DNA of 42,624 bases from Myxococcales bacterium (GTDB lineage: Bacteria; Myxococcota_A; Polyangia; Polyangiales; Polyangiaceae), in assembly GCA_016704525.1 (NCBI GenBank), contig JADIZX010000009.1:1-42624 (forward strand), in the 5' to 3' direction. Positions 1-9,777 of this stretch are shown piece after piece. Made by a program: the position numbers and the translations under genes. The notes under the pieces are model-generated. The model searched no databases and was not told where the DNA came from. It saw only the letters and a program-made list of their open reading frames with translations. Within the stretch, counting starts at the first letter, position 1, and the number at the start of each line of letters is the position of its first letter.

Positions 1-330
1 GTGCTCCGCGGGTATCCGTCGGGCTTCCAGGTGGGGCAGCACTACACGCTCCTCAACACCGAGTACCGCTTCCCCATCTGGAACTTCGACCGCGGCTCCT
101 CCACGCTGCCGTTCTTCCTGAACCGCCTCACGGGCGCCGTGTTCTTCGACTACGGCGCGGCCTTCGACACCTTCGAGGACGCGAAATACAAGAGCGGCAC
201 AGGCGGCGAGCTCTGGCTCGACACGTTCCTCGGCTACGGGCTCCCGCTCACGTTCCGCCTCGGCTACGCGCGCGGCCTCGCGAGCGAGGGCACCGACAAG
301 GTGTACGTGGTCGGGGCGATTCCATACTAA
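1..330 (+). CDS. 3' fragment of an Omp85/BamA-family outer-membrane beta-barrel protein (gene begins before the window)
   Basis: The ORF is open from base 1. Its C-terminal motifs (RFPIWNFDRG, GAVFFDYGAAFD, alternating hydrophobic strands) are typical of the surface-antigen D15 barrel. Stop at 330. Confidence 0.5.
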   Translation: MLRGYPSGFQVGQHYTLLNTEYRFPIWNFDRGSSTLPFFLNRLTGAVFFDYGAAFDTFEDAKYKSGTGGELWLDTFLGYGLPLTFRLGYARGLASEGTDKVYVVGAIPY

Positions 331-405
331 CGACCTTGCAGAGCCATGGGGGTCCGGCCGCCGCAGAACTTGCCTTTTCGCGCGCGGCATAGAATGGGTA
401 GGGGC

Positions 406-954
406 ATGCGTCCTCTGGTCCTCGCGCTGCTCCTCTCGGCCTCGGCCGCCCCCGCGCTCACCCTCGGTGCGACCGGGTGTGCTGGGCAGTCACGCCCGGC
501 CCGCATGCGCGAGGCGGCCTCCGAGCTGAACCTGAACGCGCGCTTCGGCCGCATGGAAATGGCGAGCGAGCACGTGGCGCCCGAGGCACGCGAGGCGTTC
601 TTCAAGCGGCGCTCCGTGTGGGGCGGGCGCGTGCGCATCGTCGACTCCGAGCTCGTCGGCATCCGCTTCGAGAAGGACGACTCCGAGGCGCGGGCCACCG
701 TGGCGGTCGCGTGGCAGCCGGTCGACGACGGCGACCTGCGCACCACAACAGTCACCCAGACCTTCAAAGACAAGCGAAACGGCTGGCTCCTCGTGTCGGA
801 AGAGGTCGCGGGCGGCGACGTGGGCCTGTTCGGCGGGAAGGCGGCGGCGCCGAAGGACGTCCCCAAGAGCGCGCCCCGCAAGAACCAGTTCGACACGATC
901 CGCCTCGGTCAGGGCGAGCCCACGAAGCCCTCGGGCGACGACTCGGCGCCCTGA
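406..954 (+). CDS. hypothetical lipoprotein
   Basis: ATG at 406 is preceded by a G-rich SD (gggtagggg). The signal peptide MRPLVLALLLSASAAPALTLGATGC has a lipobox Cys. No recognisable catalytic motif. High GC3 in frame. Confidence 0.55.
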   Translation: MRPLVLALLLSASAAPALTLGATGCAGQSRPARMREAASELNLNARFGRMEMASEHVAPEAREAFFKRRSVWGGRVRIVDSELVGIRFEKDDSEARATVAVAWQPVDDGDLRTTTVTQTFKDKRNGWLLVSEEVAGGDVGLFGGKAAAPKDVPKSAPRKNQFDTIRLGQGEPTKPSGDDSAP

Positions 955-963
955 CAGCTACTC

Positions 964-1764
964 CTACTTCTGGAAGCAGTAGAACCGTCTCTTCAGGCTG
1001 CACGGCCGACCACCGAGCGAGGTCCAGTCGGTCGGGAGGAACGACGGGATGCGCCGCGCGTTGCCGGTCGTGCCAAAGTCGTTCGCTGCGGCGGAGGTCC
1101 AGCGCGCGCAGTTGTTGCTGAGCGAGGCCGAGCCGTCGCCGTTGGTCCCGGTCCACACCCACGCCACGACGGAGTTCTCGTCGAAATCGACCTGGGCGCC
1201 GGAGCCGGTGCGGTCCATTTGCACACGCGGGCCCTGGGTCAGGAGCTCCGCCTTTGACGCGGCCACGAGGACCGGCGCGCTGCCGTCCACCCCGCCGGGG
1301 AGCGCATAGGCGAAGTCCGAGATGCGCGAGGCCGCGTTGAACTTGGTGCCCGTCGCGGTCTCCCAGGAGAGCCACGCGACGTAGGTGCCGGGCAGCGAGT
1401 TGGCGCGCGCCTCGGTGGCGCACACCGCGTCTGCGGCGACCCACGGATCGCCCGCGCCCGCGAAGGCTCCGTCGACCTTGGCGTCGGTCACGAAGACGAG
1501 ATGTGCGGGGCTCCCTGCCGCGTCCGGCGCGGGCGCGTCGGGGACGGAGGTGTCGGGGACGGAGGTGTCGGGGACGGCGCTGTCATTCGGAGGGGGCGCC
1601 GCGTCGCTCGGAGCGGTCGCTGTGGTGGTCGCGCTCGGCGAGGGGGCCGCGTCAGTCTTTTGCGCCGTGGGTTCGTCGCCGACGCAGGCACCGAGGAGCC
1701 ACGCAGCGGCGAGCGCGGAGACGGAGATCGAGGGCAGGAAACTGGGCACGCGGCGAAGGAGCAT
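964..1764 (-). CDS. secreted lipoprotein with a DTSVPD tandem repeat and a Cys-containing C-terminal domain
   Basis: Internal ATG at 1764 has an SD (aggggg). Signal peptide and lipobox: MLLRRVPSFLPSISVSALAAAWLLGAC. Short repeats (PDTSVPDTSVPD), then a globular domain with paired Cys (AVCA, NNCARW, RPCS, FYCF). This is reminiscent of DUF1554-type domains, but that assignment is from memory only. Confidence 0.55.
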   Translation of the reverse strand: MLLRRVPSFLPSISVSALAAAWLLGACVGDEPTAQKTDAAPSPSATTTATAPSDAAPPPNDSAVPDTSVPDTSVPDAPAPDAAGSPAHLVFVTDAKVDGAFAGAGDPWVAADAVCATEARANSLPGTYVAWLSWETATGTKFNAASRISDFAYALPGGVDGSAPVLVAASKAELLTQGPRVQMDRTGSGAQVDFDENSVVAWVWTGTNGDGSASLSNNCARWTSAAANDFGTTGNARRIPSFLPTDWTSLGGRPCSLKRRFYCFQK

Positions 1765-1922
1765 CCCCCCTACGGTAGTAGCGCGAGGCGCGGACGGCAA
1801 ACGGCTCGGCGAGGCTCGCGGCGCCTGGTCGCGATGGCTCGCAGACTTCGCCTCGCGGGGTCGTGCTCGGGTCGCACGAGTAGCGAGTGCCTAGCGGACG
1901 CGGCTCCGCGCGTCCTCGGACA

Positions 1923-2303
1923 TCACCGGATGACGCAGGCCCCCGCGACGCACGCGGCGACCTTGTTCCCGCAGGGATCGGCGAAGCATCGAACCCCGGG
2001 ACCGGCGCAGGTCGGGTCTGGAGCGCTCTGGGTGAGGGCTCGGCAGTCGCAGCCCGTGCAGTAGTCGGAGAAGAGGCGACAGTCCGCGTCGGTCACGCAA
2101 CCGGGGTCGGCGACGCAGACCGCGCGGCGCTTCTGCACCTCGCAGTGGGTGCCCGAGGCGCAGCGCACGAGCGCGCAAGCGTTGGTCCCCTTGAGGGCCT
2201 CTTCGCTCGTGCCGGTACCCTCGTCGACCTCGGCCGCGCAGCCAACGACCGCGAGCGCGGTCACGACACCGAAACAGACACTCCCGAAAACTCGCTGCAT
2301 CAT
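1923..2303 (-). CDS. small cysteine-rich lipoprotein (hypothetical)
   Basis: ATGATG start with a strong SD (ggggagg). Signal and lipobox: VVTALAVVGC. 17 Cys in 126 aa, in a C-x-C-rich pattern. Confidence 0.6.
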   Translation of the reverse strand: MMQRVFGSVCFGVVTALAVVGCAAEVDEGTGTSEEALKGTNACALVRCASGTHCEVQKRRAVCVADPGCVTDADCRLFSDYCTGCDCRALTQSAPDPTCAGPGVRCFADPCGNKVAACVAGACVIR

Positions 2304-2790
2304 GGTGAAGCCTCCCCAACGCGCTAGGCGCGCCCGAGCTGTAGCGCACGCCGGGCCGGCGTCAAGCAGCGAAAGACCGGCTCATGGATGGCTCACCACC
2401 TGGGTCAAGGCGCCTTCCTCGTTTAAGCGAAGGCCCAAGGCCCCCCCAGACGAAGCCCTCCTCTCGAACGCCGCGGTGCCCGACTGACGCTCGACCTCCG
2501 AGACGACCTCGGCCTTCGACCTCGAGGCCGACACGAGCGGGAGGGTCTTCAGTGTCTGCTCTAGCTTGGGCACGGTGTTCGTGGTCGAGCTCGTCTTTGA
2601 GATAGGCGTGGCACCGGCGTGCGGCGGGAGCGTCACGTCCTCGCCCAGGCGAGCCTCGAGCACCCGCGCACGGATCGCGCGCCCGGATCGAGAAATCAGG
2701 CCGGCGCACGGTGGCACGCCGGTCCCCACGCGGTTTCCCGGGAACTGCGGGGGAAGGCGGCTGGCACGACGCCTGCACTAGCGAACCTCT

Positions 2791-3150
2791 ATGAAACAGA
2801 TCCTATCTATTATGTTCGTCGGCATGTTGGTGGCCTGCGGCGGCGTGGCGATCGAGTCCGCGTCCGACTCGGGGGCGGCCGACTCGGCCCCCACGAGCGA
2901 CGCTTCGGCTGCGCGCGACTCGGCCTCCGACGCGCGGGGCCCAAAGGACGCGGCGATCGAGACCGACGACGCAGGCTGCCCGGTCGACTTCGCCGCGGCC
3001 GCGGGCACGCCGTGCAGCCCGCCGGGGCGCGGCTGCGGGACCTGCACCGATCCTTGCCAATTCTGCCGCGTGCTCCGCTGTCAGCTCGGCAAGTGGGAGA
3101 ACCTCGAGGTGTTCCCGCTCCCCTGCGACGCGAGCGCCGAGGGCGGCTGA
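2791..3150 (+). CDS. small cysteine-rich lipoprotein (hypothetical)
   Basis: Signal and lipobox: MKQILSIMFVGMLVAC. Ser/Asp/Ala-rich linker, then 10 Cys in the last 60 aa. Transcribed divergently from the 1923-2303 gene. Confidence 0.55.
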   Translation: MKQILSIMFVGMLVACGGVAIESASDSGAADSAPTSDASAARDSASDARGPKDAAIETDDAGCPVDFAAAAGTPCSPPGRGCGTCTDPCQFCRVLRCQLGKWENLEVFPLPCDASAEGG

Positions 3151-3345
3151 GGGGGCGCGTCGGCAGAGCCAGGGGTCGGCCGCGTCGCTCACGGGCGGGC
3201 CCTCACCCCTCGCGGGCCCTCACCCCTCGCGGGCCCTCACCCCTCGCGGGCCCTCACCCCTCGCGGGCCCTCACCCCTCGCGAAACGGCACGAGCCCCAC
3301 GCGCCCCTCTCCCACGAGGGGAGAGACGCGTCCGCGACCGCGATC
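3150..3345. repeat. partial copies of the MITE-like element family, joined by five tandem 18-bp repeats (gggccctcacccctcgcg, 3199-3289)
   Basis: A right end (agtcggccgcg.cgctcacgggcgg) is joined to five reiterations of the terminal-repeat motif. This is followed by a left end and the first hairpin (cccctctcccacgaggggagag). The same motifs occur at 9215-9395 and 11455-12425. Confidence 0.7.
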
Positions 3346-3383
3346 CCCGAGGCGACGGTGGCGGCGCCCCGTAGCATGGGACG

Positions 3384-3770
3384 TCAGGATGTGAGAACAC
3401 TGACGCCGATGGCGTGTGCGGCGAGCGCCTCAAGATCGTGCGCGTCGGACGTAAGAACAGTGCCATCCGGCTCGGCATAGGCAACGACGAGGGCGTCCAC
3501 GGCGGAGCTTGTCTTGGCAAGCCGACGAAGTTGAGCGGCGCGACGGGCGAGCGATTCGGGGAGATGTTCGATGATGTCGCAGGTCTTAAGGAACTGATTC
3601 GCTGGGGCATCTCGTCCGGCGTGACCCTGAAGACACTCGACGAGCACGACCGCGGGAACGCGAGGAGGCCACTGACCGGTGCGCAGGAAGGCCCGAATCC
3701 GAGTGTTGGTGTCCTTGGACTGGCGCGCGAGGAGGGAAACTCCGCCAGAATCGAGAACGAGAGTATTCAT
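3384..3770 (-). CDS. PIN-domain (VapC-like) toxin
   Basis: Sequence MNTLVLDSGGVSLLAR... carries the conserved acidic residues of a PIN fold: D near the N-terminus, E in VVLVECLQ, D in AVDALVV, and D in TSDAHD. SD ggaagg. The start lies in a 4-nt ATGA overlap with the upstream gene. Confidence 0.7.
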   Translation of the reverse strand: MNTLVLDSGGVSLLARQSKDTNTRIRAFLRTGQWPPRVPAVVLVECLQGHAGRDAPANQFLKTCDIIEHLPESLARRAAQLRRLAKTSSAVDALVVAYAEPDGTVLTSDAHDLEALAAHAIGVSVLTS

Positions 3771-4015
3771 CCGACCTTCCGAGTGGACCGGCGGGCGCCC
3801 TTGCGAACCCACGCGTCGGCGCGGGCCTGTTCCGCCGGTGTCGGCTCGCCGAACTTGTCGGTGAGGCTCGCGAGGTACTTCTCCGTCTCGGCGAGCAGCT
3901 CCTGCCGGCGCAGCTCGGCGGCGAGCGCCTTCTGCAAGATCTCCGAAACCGGCAGACCGCTGGCCTTGACCTGCTGGTAGAGCTGCTCGGGAAGGTAGAC
4001 CTGCATGCGCGCCAT
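3767..4015 (-). CDS. ribbon-helix-helix (CopG/Arc-like) antitoxin
   Basis: MARMQVYLPEQLYQQVKASGLPVSEILQKALAAEL is a typical RHH N-terminal beta-strand plus helix. Its stop overlaps the PIN start (ATGA). The start could instead be the next in-frame ATG (MQVYL, 4006). Confidence 0.6.
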   Translation of the reverse strand: MARMQVYLPEQLYQQVKASGLPVSEILQKALAAELRRQELLAETEKYLASLTDKFGEPTPAEQARADAWVRKGARRSTRKVG

Positions 4016-4149
4016 ACGCCTAAGTATACACCGAGCGAGCACGGCCTGCACGTGCGCAGGCTCGGCGCAGAATTGGCGATGGAGGTGTGGGTCAGGTGTG
4101 GGTCGGACCCGACGCCACACCTTGAGCTCGGGCCGCGCTCCGGTCCACG

Positions 4150-4514
4150 CTACTGAAGTACCACCTGTCCACCCCAATCTCCCGTTCCGCCCGACGACAC
4201 GCTCAGGCTAATGTCGAAGGCTCCGGCGTCGAAGGACTTGCTCTCATAGGTGCCGGCTCCAATCAGATACGAGCCGACCGGCAGCTTCGTGAGCGTCGCA
4301 GTCGGCACGGTAGCTGTCCCATCGGCGAAGTCGTACTCGCACGAGAGCACATGCACGGGGTATCCTCCCGTCTTCCAAAGCGTGAAGCCGATCTTGCCGA
4401 CCTCCCCGGATCCTCCGCTCCACGAAAGGACGATATCCTGATTGCGGGGGAGGCGTTGACCGCTCACGAGGACCGGCCCGGTGACCGTAAAACTCTTGGG
4501 TGTTCGGAGGGTCT

Positions 4515-4540
<26 letters not shown>
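4150..4540 (-). CDS. C-terminal domain (about 130 aa) of a protein whose upstream part is replaced by the G/C-only tract
   Basis: Well-behaved coding sequence (FTVTGPVLVSG...GSYLIGAGTYESKSFDAGAFDISLSVSSGGTGDWGGQVVLQ, beta-rich) ends at a stop at 4150. Upstream of about 4540 the frame continues into sequence that codes only Gly/Pro/Ala/Arg. The true N-terminus is unknown. Confidence 0.35.
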
Positions 4541-5849
<1,309 letters not shown>

Positions 5850-5854
<5 letters not shown>

Positions 5855-7376
5855 TCTCGGCGGCGCGGAGGCGGGCGAGCATGACCGCGGCGGGCTCGTC
5901 GGTGGGGTCCTGGGGGACGAGCTCGCCGCGGAAGGCCTTGGCGAGGAGGGGAGCCCTTCGAGGCTCCGGCGAGGGCCTCGTAGAGTTCGGCGCTCGTCAA
6001 CTCCTGTACCGGGATTGCCGCGAGGGCACGCCGCCTCAGTCGGTCGCGGAGGACGGTCTGTTCACCGGCCGGCGTGAGCGGCATGGGGAAGCGCCCGCAT
6101 GGCTCCGATGTTGACATGTGGTGCTGCGGACAACCACACTTGAGCATCTAGGAACCGCCGCGCTCGCCCATGCGATGCCCTAGTTGAACGCCATCACATG
6201 CGGATCGACGAACGACACGACCTGGTGGGCGACGCGCAAGGATCGCGCGCAGATAACGGGGGGGGGGCCGGGGGGGGGGGGGCGGTCGGCTAACGATCGG
6301 GGATGGCACATGCCGTGCCGAGGCGCTCGCCTCCGCGAACGACGAGATGTCCCGGGGGCCAGGCGGACTTCGCCAATTCCGCATGGACGTCGGGCGGATG
6401 CAGCGAAGCCCAGAAGGACTCGTAGCGATTCGCCCGGACGGTTCTGGACCGAAGAACGGGAACGCCCTCCGCCACGTAGCCGGGCTCCATCGGGCAGACG
6501 TGCCCGACAGTGATGTCCGGTGAGCGAAGGTCCTCAGCCGATGCCCAACACCACCCCTCCGGCAACTCCGGCAACCCCGTCGCATCGACCGGCTCGGGCT
6601 CCTTGTACTTCCCCTTCCACGCGTCATCCCGCGGGGCCTTCCCCTTGGCGGTCATCTTGGCGAGCTCGGCCTCTTCCCACTTCTTCCGGCGCTCCACGCG
6701 GATGCGCTTCAAGAGCTCGCTCGCGGGCTCCACGTCTCTGTTCTTCGCGCGCCAGTCCTTCGTGAGGTCCCCGCGAAAGGCCGCCGCGAGGATCGACTGG
6801 CGGAGCTTCTCGAGCAGCGGCGGCACGGCGTCGAGCGCCGCGCGGGCGCGACGGGAGCGGGCTTGGAGGGATTCGAGCTTGGCGACGATGCGGCGTTGTT
6901 CGTTGAGGGGGGGACCGGCAAGTCCATTTCCGCAAAGCGCCCGCCCCGAGGTGGCGCGATGTTCGTCGTAATCTGCGCCAACGGAACGAACGCGCCGCTC
7001 TTCAACCAGTTTCGGAATACGCCGAGCGCAAAGGTGGGCTCGACCATCGGGGAGGCCTGAAAGCGGACCAGCGAATTGCTGAAGCAGGCCCCTGGCAGCT
7101 CACCGCGAGACATCGCCGGGCGACCCACCTCTTCGCGTCTGTCCCTCGTTCAGAAGGATGTCCCCCGGGCTGCGCAAGTAGCGCCCACTCCACGCGGCTC
7201 GAAGTGCATCTGCATGACGTCGCTGATGCCGATGCGATCGTTACGTTCGCGACTCGCAGGTACGGGAGCATATTCGGCCCCCGGTGCACGTCGGGAGAGC
7301 GCTGGCGGCCAAGCTGGACCTTGCCCGCCTCGCGAACTTTGACTTGGCACCATCCGCTCGGAAGCTCCTTCGTCAC
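5850..7376 (-). pseudogene. hsdS: Type I restriction-modification specificity subunit HsdS, disrupted by at least 3-4 frameshifts
   Basis: The start overlaps the hsdM stop (ATGA at 7373-7376). TRD1 begins MTKELPSGWCQVKVREAGKVQ. The central conserved repeat (LNEQRRIVAKLESL...PPLLEKLRQSILAAAFRGDL...EPASELLKRIRVER) lies in another frame. TRD2 begins LPELPEGWCWASAEDL. The C-terminal conserved repeat (LLAKAFRGELVPQDPTDEPAAVMLARLRAAE, 5870-5960) is in a third frame. The frame breaks coincide with G7 (6907-6913) and G10CCG14 (6263-6290) tracts. Confidence 0.75.
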
Positions 7377-8809
7377 GCCCCCAGCTCCTCTTGAAGCGCC
7401 GCCATCTCCTCCAGCGCCACCTGCAGCTGCGCAACAATCTCCGCGGCGATCTCCTCCGGCTCCGGGAGATCCGCGTGGTCGGTCACGCTCTCATCCCGCA
7501 GCCACGAGATATCCAGGTTCTCCCCCCGCTTCGCGATCTCCTCCCGCGTGAACTTCCGGAACCGCCCCGTCTCGCCCTGATCCTTCCGCTTGCTCTTCCC
7601 CAGCGGATCCGCCCCGTAGGCCTTCTCGAACTCCGCGAAGTGCGCGCGCGTGAACGGCGTGCGCTTGCCGAACGAGGGCATGTTGGTGCGCAGGTCGTAG
7701 AACCACACGGCCTTGGTGTTGCCCTTGTCCTGCTTCTTCTCCCCCCGCGTGAAGAAGAGCACGTTGGTCTTCACGCCCTGCGCGTAGAAGATGCCCGTGG
7801 GCAGTCGCAGGATGGTGTGCAAGTCGCACTTGTCCATCAGGTCAGCGCGCACCTGCTTGCCCACGCCCTCCTCGAAGAGCACGTTGTCCGGGAGCACCAC
7901 CGCCGCGCGCCCGCCGGGCACGAGGCCTCGGTAGATGTGCTGGAGGAACACGAGTTGCTTGTTGCTCGTGGGGTACGTGAGGTCGTCGCGCGTGGGGGCG
8001 CCGCCGCCCTTCTTGGTGCCGAAGGGGGGATTCGTGAGGATCACGTTCGCCTTCGGCAGGTTGGCGCCCGAGGGGCCGAGCGTGTCGCCGAGCACGAGGT
8101 CGCCCTCGATGTCGTGGAGCATGGCGTTCATGAGCGCCAGGCGCTGCACGTCGGCCACGAGCTCCATCCCCTGGAAGGCCTCGCGTCGCTGGAAGTTCTG
8201 CTTGGCCACGGGCAAGTCGTGGAGATCGTCGGTGTTCGCCTTCACGTACCTGTCGGCGTTGATGAGGAATCCCCCGGTGCCGATCGCGGGATCTTGGATG
8301 ATTTCGCCCGGCTGGGGCTTCACGAGGGCGACCATGCTCTCGATGAGCGCGCGCGGCGTGAAGTATTGCCCCGCGCCGCTCTTGGTCTCCTCCGCGTTCT
8401 TCTCGAGCAGGCCCTCGTAGAGGTCCCCGAGCCCCTCGGACTTGGCGCTGTACCAGTCGAGCGCGTCGATCGCCTCGACCACCGTGCGCAGGTTCCGCGG
8501 CTGCCGGAACGAGGTGCCCGCGTTGGCGAAGATCGCCTGCACGCGCCCCGAGCCTTTGCCGCCGAGATCGATGAGGAGCTTCTTGTAGAAGTCGAGCAGC
8601 TCCACGCCCTCTTTGTTGACGAGATCGCCCCAGCGATAGCCCTTGGGGAGCTGGTCCTCGGTGCCTGTCTCCTTGGTCATCTTGAGGAAGAGGAGATAGG
8701 TGAGCTCGGTCACGTACTGGAGATACGTGATGCCGTCGTCACGGAGGACGTGGCAGAGGTTCCAGAGCTTCTGGACGATGTCGTTCGTGGTCGGCGCGGC
8801 GGGTGGCAT
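7373..8809 (-). CDS. hsdM: Type I restriction-modification DNA methyltransferase subunit HsdM (N6-adenine)
   Basis: HsdM N-terminal domain (NDIVQKLWNLCHVLRDDGITYLQYVTELTYLLFLK). SAM-binding motif (DPAIGTGGFL). Catalytic NPPF (VILTNPPFG). Internal ATG at 8809 chosen; the 5' extension of the ORF looks Arg-rich and non-coding. Confidence 0.9.
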   Translation of the reverse strand: MPPAAPTTNDIVQKLWNLCHVLRDDGITYLQYVTELTYLLFLKMTKETGTEDQLPKGYRWGDLVNKEGVELLDFYKKLLIDLGGKGSGRVQAIFANAGTSFRQPRNLRTVVEAIDALDWYSAKSEGLGDLYEGLLEKNAEETKSGAGQYFTPRALIESMVALVKPQPGEIIQDPAIGTGGFLINADRYVKANTDDLHDLPVAKQNFQRREAFQGMELVADVQRLALMNAMLHDIEGDLVLGDTLGPSGANLPKANVILTNPPFGTKKGGGAPTRDDLTYPTSNKQLVFLQHIYRGLVPGGRAAVVLPDNVLFEEGVGKQVRADLMDKCDLHTILRLPTGIFYAQGVKTNVLFFTRGEKKQDKGNTKAVWFYDLRTNMPSFGKRTPFTRAHFAEFEKAYGADPLGKSKRKDQGETGRFRKFTREEIAKRGENLDISWLRDESVTDHADLPEPEEIAAEIVAQLQVALEEMAALQEELGA

Positions 8810-8933
8810 GTCGGGGGCGAAGGTAGCATGGGCGCGCGCCTCGCCGGCCTGTGCCCTGCCCGGCCCGCCTACTCCTGCGTCGAGCGAGGGATCTGGACCA
8901 CCCACAGGCGCGTGGCCCAGCGGAGCGAGAGCT

Positions 8934-9176
8934 TCAGCGCTCGCGAGCGCGATGCACGTCCTCGGGGGCGATCCCGAGGTCACGACCGGACAGGATGTCC
9001 TCGATCCTCCGATCGACCTCAGGCGGCACCGTCTCACCCGAGGTGTCCTCCGGCGCGCGCACCATCACCAGGACGGCGGGGTGGCTGCGCATGTCCTCGG
9101 GCCACTGCTCGAGCGCCACGCGCTCCGCCTCGGTGGTCTCGGCGGTGTCGAGCTTGCGCGCGGTGTTCGGCGACAT
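8934..9176 (-). CDS. small acidic hypothetical protein (80 aa) immediately upstream of hsdM
   Basis: Strong GC3 bias in frame. 18 Asp/Glu versus 11 Arg/Lys. No motif I recognise. Same strand as hsdM with a 125-bp gap. Confidence 0.4.
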   Translation of the reverse strand: MSPNTARKLDTAETTEAERVALEQWPEDMRSHPAVLVMVRAPEDTSGETVPPEVDRRIEDILSGRDLGIAPEDVHRARER

Positions 9177-9214
9177 GGTCGAGGTCTAGCACGCGTCGGC
9201 GAGGGCGCGCGCGG

Positions 9215-9395
9215 TGAGCGCCCGCGACGCTCGCGGCCCTCACCCCCTCGCGCAGCGGCACGAGACCCACGTGCCCCTCTCCCACAAGGGGAGAGGGGCC
9301 CTTTCCGGAGCAGCTCGTGTGGCCCCTCTCCCCTGGTGGGAGAGGGGCACAAGTCGCCCGCGCCGCTCACGGGCGGGGTGAGGGCTCGCGGGCGT
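9215..9395. repeat. single copy of the MITE-like palindromic element: terminal inverted repeats gggccctcaccccctcgcg / cgcgggcggggtgagggc with two internal hairpins
   Basis: cccctctcccacaaggggagagggg and cccctctcccctggtgggagagggg are perfect hairpins. The flanking ends are inverted complements of each other. Homologous to the units at 11455-12425. Confidence 0.75.
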
Positions 9396-9531
9396 GGTGG
9401 GTGGGTCGCCCTTGTCTTCCGGGCTCGACGCTGAGCTGACGGCCCTTGGCGGCGGCGAACACCGGGCGCCCCGCGCGCCCAGATCGCTCGAGCGCACGGC
9501 AGGTCGGAGCAGGACGTGCTATTTTTCGAGA

Positions 9532-9777
9532 ATGGACAACGGGCCCGAGGCCCGCGCCGCGCGGCGCCGGGCGACCTGGAACTGGGAATGCCGAGTCGCG
9601 AAGACCTTCGCGGAGCACGAGCAGGACGGCCTCGATTTTTGGGCGGATGCGCCAAGCTCGGCGAAGCTCGACGCCATGTGGGACCTCATCGTCGAGGCTT
9701 GGTTGCTCGGAGGAAAGCGTGGACCTGCACCCCGATTTCAGGGATCTGTTGTCGCAATTCGCCGCTTCGAGCGTTGA
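9532..9777 (+). CDS. small hypothetical protein (82 aa), 5' partner of the nucleotidyltransferase gene
   Basis: ATG at 9532 follows an unusually AT-rich stretch (ctatttttcgagaATG). MDNGPEARAARRRATWNWECRVAKTFAEHEQDGLDFWADAPSSAKLDAMWDLIVEAWLLGG... It overlaps the next gene's start by 59 nt. The start is uncertain, since the ORF is open from 9394. Confidence 0.35.
   Translation: MDNGPEARAARRRATWNWECRVAKTFAEHEQDGLDFWADAPSSAKLDAMWDLIVEAWLLGGKRGPAPRFQGSVVAIRRFER

Noticed and set aside
7391-9217. 608-aa + strand ORF
   Set aside because: Antisense to hsdM and the small acidic ORF. No motifs.
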